Under the pieces are notes generated by a model. It had not been told where the DNA came from. It saw only the letters and a list, made by a program, of their open reading frames with translations, and made no database searches. Position numbers and translations under genes: made by a program. From contig JAAOMT010000450.1 in NCBI GenBank assembly GCA_016748015.1, positions 56,108 through 73,367 on the forward strand: a stretch of 17,260 nt of DNA. Reading direction: 5' to 3'. The DNA comes from Geosiphon pyriformis uo1. Lineage: Eukaryota; Fungi; Glomeromycota. Each line of letters begins with the position of its first letter. Positions within the stretch are counted from its first letter, which is position 1. Shown here in pieces: positions 1 through 9,815 of this stretch.

Positions 1-1596
1 CTATGATGATGGTTTAGATTGCTTCTTGTGCTAGCTGATAATTTTCATTTGATAACAAACCTGTTGAATTATGGAAATTTTTATAAATTTTCTGAACGTG
101 GGTCATTCGGAGCAATCATGTTCCTAACTTATTACTATTTTTGAACTCATTGCGCTTTCTTAAAGCAAATGCCGAGGTTTTTATTTAGGTAACCTTTTCA
201 CGATTGGTGAGGATTGAAAGCCATAGAAGAGGCATTGGAGGTTCAATCCGTTTAATCGTAACTTTTCCAATGAATTCTGAAATAATAGTTCATCAACTTT
301 TGAAAAATTGACATTATGAAAAGCACATATTTGAGTTACCAAGCACGAAGTTTTCATTTGATCAGTATTTTTAATTATTCCCAAATCATAAAAAATTTTT
401 ATTAACATGAGGTATCAGAGCATTTTCGCTGGATTGATTTCGTATGCATGCTTCTTCCCCGCAGAGCATGAGACGAATGGTTTTAAGAGAATTATTAGTA
501 TTTGCTAGCTGATTACTAAAATTGAAAATTCTACAAATATCATGTCGACGATAAAATTTGGAGCTGGAATGATCATTATTGAGTGATTGAACATAACAAT
601 TTACAATCAAGAAAATATCTTGTCCCTTATTGCTGAAAAAATGAAGTTATAACTGATAAAGAATTCTGGAACAGCTCAAGATCATTGGTTAATCATAAAG
701 ATGATATGAAATTGCGAGAGATAGATCAAAAGCTTGTTTCGCGGTGAGTAAGTTAACTTGCCACTTTTGGCATTGATGTTTAGAATAAATTAAAAGAAAA
801 ATATGCGTGTAAAATTTGAAAGATCGAAAAATCAGGTCAAAATGTAAGCTTTATTTTATCAATTTTAACCGTTGAAAATCAAGAAAGACGAGGCTTTAAT
901 ATCCTTTGTTTGAGATATTCTCTATTAAAAAGTTTCAAAGGGATCTGAAAGCAAAGTTCATGAAAAAACTAAAGTCTTTGTATGTCGGAAACTAAAAGAG
1001 ATTATGGTGAAGACCTATGATTTACATTTCTATAATTTCTGAATATTTTAAATTAAGCATGGATTAAAAAAATTTTAACCCACTATTCCCATTGTCCTCC
1101 CAATAAATTTTTGTGATCTTGACACTGCTTATAAACAATTTTATATATATGGGCATTCATTTACTTTAAAGTATTAGGATGGTTATTTAAATGCCTAATA
1201 TCAAACAATTTTTGTTCAATGTACATTTATCTATTAAAACAAGTTTAATTTTTGTTGCTGTTGAAATAAACTTTCAGGTTTCATTCAATCGAAAATATGA
1301 AGCAATTGAATTTTGAATTTGGACTTTGTCAAAAGTCGGGAATGTTTGACAACGATATGAGAATTTGTTTTAGTGGTCTACAACTGATATACTAGAAATG
1401 AGGGGAAGGAATTTCAAAATTTTCTGATGAAACTCAAAGTATTCGAAAAATAGAAGCTGTGTCAGATTTACTTTTAATTGAACTATGGTCTTTATCAGGA
1501 ACGCGATATTTACAATGAAAGCATCATGACATTTTTTTCTACGATAAAAATTCAACAATTAAAAAACTTGAATTGAATCAATCGGTTTCCTTTTGA
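1..1596 (+). pseudogene. Decayed multi-exon gene remnant of unknown product; the second exon is loosely reminiscent of the Cys-rich N-terminus of Glomeromycota TKL kinases
   Basis: More GC- and CpG-rich than the rest of the window. Frame 1 is open 637-743 (KNEVITDKEFWNSSRSLVNHKDDMKLREIDQKLVS) and ends at a GTGAGT donor (744). A CTTTCAG acceptor (1271-1277) matches the phase (CG|G = Arg) and continues FHSIENMKQLNFEFGLCQKSGMFDNDMRICFSGLQLIY*K*GEGISKFSDETQ...RYLQ*KHHDIFFYDK. There are many in-frame stops, and the frame in 1-636 is unresolved. Confidence 0.3.
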
Positions 1597-2779
1597 GATG
1601 ATTTCTCAAATTGACAAAAAATTAACATTATCCATTTATGCCAGATATTGACTTTCCTTAATTTTGTTTATGTCATCCATAACCTCATTAGATGTAAAAT
1701 CTAAATTTCTAGAGAATTTGAAATAACACATTGAATGCATTCTTGTGGTGCTTCATTTTAAACAAAATTTTTGTTTATGCTTTAACTAGAGCAATTAATG
1801 CTAAAGCAACTTTTCCCAAAAGAATTAGGGATAGGAAAATTTTCTCGCTATAGTTTGCATGACTATATCCCATTATTATGAGGCAGGGATATTTATTGGG
1901 GCTATGCTTGATCCAATTCCATTGAATCCTGTAGGAACCAGACAAAATGTAATTTAATAATTTCCAAGAATGGCGTAACGGAACAATCTATTTTTAGAGC
2001 TCTTGGGCCACCATTATTTGTGAATAAACTTAAATCTTATTTTCACTAACTTTAAAATTCAAAAGCAACTCATTTAAATTTATAACATAATGAAACAAAG
2101 CATTGATTGAGTTGCCATTGTAATATCCACAAGCAATTAAGAAATATAATGACAAATTGAATTTGAGTTCACACATTCAAGAAAACCATAAAAATGTTTC
2201 TATATAAATGAAAATAGCTCCATAAATTTGATCTGATTTTAGATAAACAAATATGAAAACTTAAGTGTAAACAAAATATTTCCTTTTTAAATATCTTAAT
2301 GAGAGCAATTGCCTTGATAAGAATCTTTTATTTTAGAATTTCTGATTTTTCATTCTTGAAATCATTTAGTATTGAGTCAATTAATATTGTCAGTAAATTT
2401 TACTAAAGAACAATTGTATAGAATTTGCATTATTTTTTTTTGATAGTAAAAAAAATGAGATAAATAGCTTTAACAATAATAATCATGATGATGAAATTTA
2501 AGACTCTTCTATAAAGAATTCATTATTTTTTAAGGAGGCTAAAAGGAAGCTTATATAAATTTTCTTTATTTATATAGAAATTGATATTAAGAATAGTATA
2601 TTAATTTAGGTTTTAACGATTTAAATTATTTGGAAAGATGCTGCTTGATTAAGTTTTTCTATTCAAACAGTTGGATTGATTGATTTATTGATTATTTATA
2701 AGTGATTTAAAATTTTAAATGCATTATTATTTTTTTCTAGTGCATGTATATGTTAGAAAAATCTGCCCTTTGTAAAACT

Positions 2780-2910
2780 TAGTGTTCCTTACGGTCCAGT
2801 TCGGTCCGGGTTTTAGCAAAGAACCGGACCCGAACCGGAAAACCAGTTTAGGTCTAAGAATAGATCCGGACTCGACTGGAGTAGACTCTAACCGGACCCG
2901 GAATCGGTCA
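2780..2910. repeat. TIR plus subterminal repeat cluster at the left end of the hAT element
   Basis: TAGTGTTCC followed by repeated CCGG/ACCCG/GAACCG motifs in both orientations, the usual layout of hAT transposase-binding subterminal repeats. Confidence 0.75.
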
Positions 2911-3029
2911 AAATTATAATTAAAGATTTGCTGGAAGCCCAATTAATGAAATGTACTCAATATTTTAAACATAAGACTTACGAACTATTATTAAAATCAA
3001 TTAAACTTTAACAATTTATATAAATATAT

Positions 3030-3305
3030 TTAACCATCTAGTTCTCTCCACCATGATCTTAAGCACATTGCTATTCGCACCGTCTTGCCCATCAATCGAT
3101 TTCGCTTATTGGTTATCATATCACCGCTAATGCTATAAATTTTTTAAATAAAAATATATTACCTATTAGAAGCTGTTTCACTTGATAATAATTCATTATT
3201 ATTATTATCTTCTTCCTCTTTAGATTCATTCAAGTAAATTATATTTGTTTGTTCTTGAGTTTCATTGTAAGTTTCATCAAAAGAAATTGTAGATGGTCTT
3301 GACAT
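3030..3305 (-). pseudogene. hAT transposase remnant: acidic N-terminal exon joined to the end of the C-terminal dimerisation domain (Dimer_Tnp_hAT-like)
   Basis: ATG at 3305 opens MSRPSTISFDETYNETQEQTNIIYLNESKEEEDNNNNELLSSETASN. A GT..AG segment (3162-3133) follows, then SISGDMITNKRNRLMGKTVRIAMCLRSWWRELDG* (TAA 3032-3030). This fits the hAT C-terminal pattern FS.SG..IT..RNRL...TV...MCL.SW. Confidence 0.78.
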
Positions 3306-3440
3306 TTTTTTATTATTTTAAAGCAGTATGTAAAAAATTTTATAAAATAAAATAAAAACAAACGAAAAATAACTAGTTTGAAAATGATGTAATCTATATG
3401 AAAAGCAGCCAACCAGCTTCATATTATTATTTTACAATTT

Positions 3441-3519
3441 CGGGTTCGGGTATTATCGGTTCGGGTCTCTAGAGATCCGAACCGACCCGTTAGGTCGGGT
3501 CCGGGTCTGCGGAACACTA
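3441..3519. repeat. Subterminal repeat cluster plus TIR at the right end of the hAT element
   Basis: CGGGTTCGGGT...CGGTTCGGGTC...CCGAACCGACCCG...GTCGGGTCCGGGTC, ending in GGAACACTA. Confidence 0.75.
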
Positions 3520-3529
3520 GTTATACAGA

Positions 3530-3915
3530 TAGCGTTATAATAGATATTGTAATTATCATTCTGATTTAAGTGGCTAGGTTTCATTATACATATACTAGTT
3601 AAAATTTAAAAAGGTTATAGTTGCAGCTGATTTAGATTTTAAAAAAATGTACATTGAAATAAAACAACTATGCTTTAATTATTTTAAATATGAAATAATT
3701 AATTAACAAAATACTTTATTCTAATATAGTTGATAGAAATTTTTGTTAACCGTGAATGTAAAACTTTATTATAAAAAACCAATAAAATTTATACTAGATA
3801 ATTTAATATACATTTAAATTCTTGAATATTTTAAAAAATTATAAAGTAAATAGATAGAAGCTAGTAAAGTTGATGCCAAATTATTTCTTATTTTGCAACT
3901 TTTTTTATTATTTTA
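3530..3915 (+). pseudogene. Possible transition-decayed coding fragment, unknown product
   Basis: Frame 2 reads HSDLSG*VSLYIY*LKFKKVIVAADLDFKKMYIEIKQLCFNYFKYEII...IEASKVDAKLFLILQ with several G-initial codons. The stops can be explained as single transitions. No family recognised. Confidence 0.25.
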
Positions 3916-4619
3916 ACATTTTTTTACCAAAGGAGTTTTATGTATTACTAATTAAACTGGATTATGACTACATTTATGTTTACAATTGTTAAAATTTTTA
4001 TTGATAAGTTTTTAAAGTATTTATTTGAATTTTCACATTAAGTAAAACTGCAATAAATAAATACTAAAAAAACCCAAATATGAAACCATTTAATTGGTCA
4101 TTTATACTTTTTTGAATTTTCGACTATATTCAAGATTTAATTATATATATATTACTTTTTCAATTTATAAGATTCATTTTCGTCAAAAATTACATTCATT
4201 AAAATTAAAGAAATATTCATTACTCTCTCTTTATTTTATTAGATTAAGTATATCAGTTTAAATTAAATATGACTTAGTAAGCAAATAATATTTATTTCAT
4301 TTAAATATTTATAACAATAATAATAACTTTTATAAACCAAAGTTTTTTAAGAATAAATTTAGTGTGTTAAGCTGTGACAAGTTTTAAAAAACCATTTTAT
4401 TAAATATTCTTTTATAAAAGTGATCATGCTAATCTGTGAAAATTTTAGTATGCTTTTATTTAAATCTTTTCCAATAACTTTAAGCTATAAAATTTTTTAG
4501 CTAATGAACATTTAACTATTCTGCACTTTGAAAGTCTGAATTTTATATTACTTCTCTAAAAATTGGATTTTAAAAGGCTATATAAAGGTTTCAAAATTCT
4601 GTCTTTTTACCATAGATAA

Positions 4620-4701
4620 TAAAGGAGTAAACTCTGGTATCGGGTGTTGTCGTTATTTCATGATCAGATTGTAATGATGACACTTATTCTACTCTCCTTT
4701 A
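4620..4701. other. Nested inverted repeat / ~80-nt hairpin
   Basis: Outer arms TAAAGGAG (4620-4627) and CTCCTTTA (4694-4701). Inner arms GGGTGTTGTCGTTA (4642-4655) and TAATGATGACACTT (4672-4685) pair fully if G:T is allowed. Confidence 0.6.
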
Positions 4702-4960
4702 ATATTTATATTGGGATGAAATAATAAACTATTATATATTACTTTTTAATTATGGATTAATTGCAAGCTTTGTATGAAATTTTTAGATATTAAATTTAAA
4801 GCTTGATTATTTTTTGGAAGATTTTTTTGAAAAAAGAATCTTGAAAGTTTCATTAAAATTGGATTTCAATTCATTATTTTATATTGATTTTTTGTGTAAA
4901 AATAAAGTTTCTCTCTTTTATGAATTTTTTTGATAAACATATTATTTCAACTAATATACT

Positions 4961-5118
4961 ATGAATGCTGAGAATAATTTAGATCTATAATATTACCTCG
5001 ATAATTTGACACTAACACTGATGAAACTTCATCAAATCAAATTATATTCGACTATAGATCAAATTCGGATGATAAAATTGAGGATATTTTTACAGATGGT
5101 GGAGAAATTTTTGAATGA
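4961..5118 (+). pseudogene. Short acidic coding-like fragment
   Basis: MNAENNLDL*YYLDN, a frameshift, then DTNTDETSSNQIIFDYRSNSDDKIEDIFTDGGEIFE*. No recognisable domain. Confidence 0.2.
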
Positions 5119-5340
5119 GTCATTGACCGTTGACTCAAATGGATTTGCTCAATCACCAAAATCAATGGATTAAGAGATTGGGAGTTTCCAAAATTTTTAT
5201 GTATAATATTTCCCATAAATAAAAACCCAAAAAATTTGGACTTTTTATGAAGCTTCTTTCAACCTATACAAATTCTTCAAAGAAATCAAATTTTCTCATT
5301 AAAATTTCGGAAACGGCAGCTAAAAGTAAGACATTTTTTT

Positions 5341-7800
5341 TATAAAAATAGCAACTGATTTCTCTATAATGATCTTACATTGCCTGTCAATAAAAATTTA
5401 TTGCAGAATTGATATTTATCCTTCAATGAAAATTTAAATGATTGGAAATGCTAATTTAAATAAGAAAAAAAATTAATAAATGATCTGTTATATTAAAAAT
5501 TAGAGCAATCTTTTGGTCTAAATTTTGATTAGATATAATTATAATTTTGGTTTAATAGTCTGGTTTGTAATAACTATAAGTCTGGCTTAAATTTTTATTA
5601 TTATTAACAGTAATTATGGCTTAAATTTTAGATAATAACAATAACAAAAAATATTAAAGATAAAATTAATACTTCTACTAAAATCAAAATTTACCAAAAC
5701 ACTTTTAACAAAACTGTTTTTTTATATAGTTATCTTAAAATATACAAAAAACAAACCCTATATATTAACTATTCTAAACTTATTATTTATTATTAAACTC
5801 TTTTTTTTTATATTTTCTTTTAATATAAAATTGGACAATCAAATCTTTTTTCTGTGACAAATTATCATATTTAAACATGTTTTTTTAACATATTTATTTT
5901 ATTTTATTTCATAATTATAAATTTTTAATAAATTAATTTAAAAAAATAAATAAATTTAACAGTAAAAATAATTAAATTAAGCAAAATAAAACTTTAATAA
6001 AAAAAGTTATTTAAAATTAATTACTACTATTTGCTTTTATAATATGTTTTGTTTATATTAATTCTTTTTTAAAAAAAAAATCAAAATAGTATATGACTAT
6101 ATGTCTATATTTCAAATATAAAATTAATTAATAATATAATCCTGATAAAAACTGTATTAATTTAATAAAAATTATAATTGGTATGTTTTGTTTATAGTAT
6201 ATATATAATTTTAAATACTACTCTTTTGTTTTTTATCTTTAAAGATAACTTTTTTAATATAATTAATTTCGACTGTTTGAATACTTATTGATATAAATAT
6301 TAAAAATTTAAAATCAATATTTGAATATAAAAAAAATTAATTAAATTAATAAACAATTAACAAAAATATTTCTTTATGCAAAGCACTTTTGAAATTAACT
6401 TTAAAAGTTTAAAATTTTAAAATTTTTTAGATAAAAAAAACAAGTTAATAATTTACATAAAATTAAAAATATAATATTTTTTTAACTTTTTTTTATTTTA
6501 TCCAAATATAATTTTTGAATATTTTGTTTTCTAAGTATTATTTTAATAAATAAAATTATAAATAGTATTTTTTATATTGGTAATTAATATAATTACAAAG
6601 ATTATGTTTTTATTTTCTTATATTTGAAAATAATTTTTTTTTTCAAGACAAAAAAGTTTGGATTAGTTGATTATTAACTGTTTTAAATATATAAAAATAA
6701 ATGTAATTCAATAAAAATTAATAAAAAACAAAACTTTTCTATTTATAGCATCTTTATAAATTATTTAAGATTTAAAGTTTAGAATTTCTCCTTAAACAAT
6801 AAAATTAAATAAATTCAACAATAAAAATATTTGGCTATAATTATCAAAGAACTTATTAATAATTATATTAAATTTTATTTATAATAAAATATATTTTTTT
6901 ATATGAATATAAAAAACTATTTAAGCTCTTTAATTTAGCTTTTTACAGTTTTTTAATAAAGTTATAATATATTTAAACCAGTTTAACATTAAAATTAAAA
7001 TAAAGAATATTAAGATAAATTAATACAGAGAATAATAAGAATATACATGAAAATTATATTGTAATTTAATTTATATAAAATTTGTTATATATGTAATATA
7101 AGTCCTTAAAATTTTTAACAGCTTGACTTTTTTTATTTATTAAATAGAAAAAATTGTATGTTTTTTGTAAAATTATACAATATTTAATGGATAATTATTA
7201 CAAATAGGCTACTATAATGTTTGAATATTAAGAAACATTAGAAATATAAATTAAAATAAGTATAGTATTAATTAAAACTTTATAAATGTAGATTAATCCT
7301 TTCAATACTAAATTTTTTTAAAATAAAAAATTCAAAATTTTTAAAAATGTTGGTAAATTTAATAAAAAAAGTTAATTAAAATTCAGAAAATATAAACAGT
7401 TAAAATAATTTATAACAGTAAGTATAGATTATTGTATAATGAAATGCTAACTTTTTTTTAAGTTTTACTACTAATAAACTGCTCAAATAGCTTTGTTTGT
7501 AGAGTTATGCACAGAGAATTAATAAAACTTTATGATTGTAAGGAAAAATTCTTCTAATACTTTTGTTGTTATATTAAACACTAAAATAATCTTGGTTATA
7601 ACTTCATAATAACAAAAATTTGTTAATCTATGTCTTTAACAAACAATAAAAAATTGTGTAAGTTGTAAGCACAACATTTTTCAATCATTACAGAAGGCTT
7701 CAAAAAAATGTATTTCACCAAAAAACTCAAAATCTGAAAAGATATATCTCAGTATTTAACATGCTCTAATAACTACAATTACATAAAAATAAGAAAATAA
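5341..7800 (+). pseudogene. Ghost ORF A (~820 codons, 5' end uncertain); ancestral protein probably acidic, unknown family
   Basis: Frame 1 reads as continuous protein with no frameshift needed, e.g. YLSFNENLNDWKC*FK*EKKLINDLLY*KLEQSFGLNFD...CRVMHRELIKLYDCKEKFF*YFCCYIKH*NNLGYNFIITKIC*SMSL...FSIITEGFKKMYFTKKLKI*KDISQYLTCSNNYNYIKIRK*. Stops are mostly TAA in plausible Gln/Trp positions. The K/N/I/F excess is what G>A and C>T decay of E/D/V/P would give. Read by eye only. Confidence 0.5.
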
Positions 7801-8198
7801 TGCAGATAATACAATTTTATTGTTATTAAATAAGTCATTTTGACTATAATTTATTTTCAATCTATCATAACCAAGCTGTAAATAGAAATTTATTCCATAT
7901 AATAGACTTTTTTTCTTAGCCTTTGAATTTTTTTATTTGAAAAAAATCTCTAAACTTTTGTGAGTACATGTTTGAAACTTTTCTATATAAGATAAAAAAA
8001 AACCTATTTATACCTAACAGTTTTTGTATATTTACTAACAGTCAATTTTAATATTTGAAAGATTATATAGTATTATATTTGATAAAAATTAATTTTTATT
8101 ATTGTTGCTTTATTTCTCTTATATTATTTTTTATTATCCAAATTTTTTAAAGAAAGTAAAATTTTTTTGATCTAAAAATTGAAAAAAAAACTTCTTAG
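7800..8198 (+). pseudogene. Ghost ORF B (133 codons), unknown product
   Basis: ATG 7800-7802 overlaps the TAA (7798-7800) of ORF A. It reads MQIIQFYCY*ISHFDYNLFSIYHNQAVNRNLFHIIDFFS*PLNFFI*KKSLNFCEYMFETFLYKIKKNLFIPNSFCIFTNSQF*YLKDYIVL...NFFDLKIEKKTS* with 6 internal stops. The final TAG (8196-8198) lies inside the first array unit. Confidence 0.55.
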
Positions 8199-9815
8199 CA
8201 CTTAATAAAACTTTTAGTGCTTGCTGTATTCCATACTAGTATACTTTTTACTAGAATAACTTGATGTTATTCTATCTTCATATAAGTTTTTATTCTATAG
8301 ATATCTATAGTCAATGCTTGGAAAAAAACTTCTTAACATCTAATAGGACATTTTAATACTTGCTGTGTTTTATGCTAAAGTACTTTTTAGCAAAATAACT
8401 CTATGTTATTCTACTCTTATATAAGTTTTTATTCTATAAATACTTATGACCAATGCTTAAAAAGAGACTTTTTAGCATCTAATAAGATGTTTTAATACTT
8501 GTTGTATTTTATATTAGTGTATTTTTTACCAAAACAATTCAATGTTATTCTACTATTATATAAGTTTCTATTTTATGAATATTTATGACTGATGCTTAGA
8601 AAAAAACTTCTTAGTGCCTAATAGCACTTACTGTATTTTATGCTAAAACTTTTTTTATCAAAATAATTTGATGTTATCTTATTCCATATAAGTTTCTATT
8701 TTATAGATATCTATGGCCAATACTTGAAAAAAAATTTGTTAAAATCTGACAGAATGTTTGAGTACTTGCTGTATTCTATGTTAAAGTGCTTTTTACCAGA
8801 ATAATTCCATGTTATTTTACTCTTATATAAGTTTTTATTCTATGAATATTTATGGCCAATACTTAGAAAAAAACTTCTTAGCACTTGATAGAACGTTTTA
8901 GTGTTTGCTATATTCTATGTTAGCATGTTTTTTATCAGAATAACTTAATATTATCTTATTATTATATAAGTATCTATTCTATAGATACCTATAATCAATG
9001 TTTAAAAAAAAATTTCTTAGCACTTAATAGTGTTTGTTGTATTTTATGCTAAAACACTCTTTACTAGAATAATTCAATATTATTCTACTCTTATACAAGT
9101 TTTTATTCTATAGATACCTATGATTAATATTTAAAAAAAAACTTATTAACATTTAACAAGACATTTGAGCACTTACTATGTTTTATATTAAAACACTCTT
9201 TATTAGAATAACTTCATGTTATCTTACTTTCATATAAGTTTTTATTCTATAAATACCTATAACCAATACTTGAAAAAAGACTTTTTAGTACCTAATAAGA
9301 CGTTTTAGTGCTTGCTGTATTCTATATTAACACACTTTTCATTAGAATAACTCAATATTATCTTATCTTTATTTAAGTTTCTATTTTATGAATACTTATA
9401 GCTGATGTTTAGAAAATAACTCTTTAATACTTGACAATACTTGCTGTATTTTATGCTAAGATGCTCTTTACCAAAATGACTCAATGTTATCTTACTTTTA
9501 TACAAGTTTCTATTTTATGAATACCTATGGCTAATGCTTGGAAAAAAACGTCTTAAAACTTGATAGTACTTGTTGTTTTTTATGTTAAGATGTTTTTTAT
9601 CAAAATAATTCTATATTATCCTATCTTTATACAAGTTTTTATTCTATGGATATCTATAGTTAATGTTTGGAAAAAGACTCATTAGTCTCTTATAGAATGT
9701 TTTAATGCTTGCTGTATTTTTATGCTAATACACTCAATATCAGAATAATTCAATGTTATTCTGTATCCATATAAATTTTTATATTTTGTTTATTATCTAT
9801 GACCAGTGCTCGAAA
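8181..9815. repeat. Tandem array of 12 units of 139 or 128-129 bp with higher-order (trimer) structure
   Basis: The anchor AAGTTT (G position) falls at 8286, 8425, 8564, 8692, 8831, 8970, 9099, 9238, 9377, 9506, 9635 and 9775 (A there). Spacings are 139,139,128,139,139,129,139,139,129,129,140. Short units lack the same 10-bp segment. Units differ almost only by transitions. Confidence 0.95.

Larger units (their letters stand above)
2780..3519 (-). mobile_element. Non-autonomous (internally deleted) hAT DNA transposon, 740 bp
   Basis: Perfect 9-bp TIRs TAGTGTTCC (2780-2788) and GGAACACTA (3511-3519). CpG-rich subterminal repeats (GACCCG/ACCGG/CGGGTC/GTTCGG) at both ends. Internal remnant of the hAT dimerisation domain. 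The flanking 8-mers GTAAAACT and GTTATACA match only 5/8. Confidence 0.85.

Noticed and set aside
181-610. Listed minus-strand ORFs 181-408 and 386-610
   Set aside because: No recognisable domain and no consistent splice model; the splice signals nearby fit the plus strand at least as well.
1075-1100. piggyBac-like end TTAA|CCCACTATTCCC
   Set aside because: No matching inverted terminus found in the window.
2727-2942. Listed 71-aa ORF
   Set aside because: It runs across the hAT TIR and subterminal repeats; open only because the repeats are GC-rich.
7418-7462. Apparent intron GTAAGT…GCTAAC…AAG inside ORF A
   Set aside because: It is 45 nt, in frame, and reads through as plausible protein (SKYRLLYNEMLTFF). 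It is not needed to keep the frame, although it cannot be excluded.
8181-9815. CRISPR array or coding repeat
   Set aside because: Whole units are homologous with no unique spacers, no cas genes are present, and the context is eukaryotic. The 139-bp period and 10-bp indel break any reading frame.
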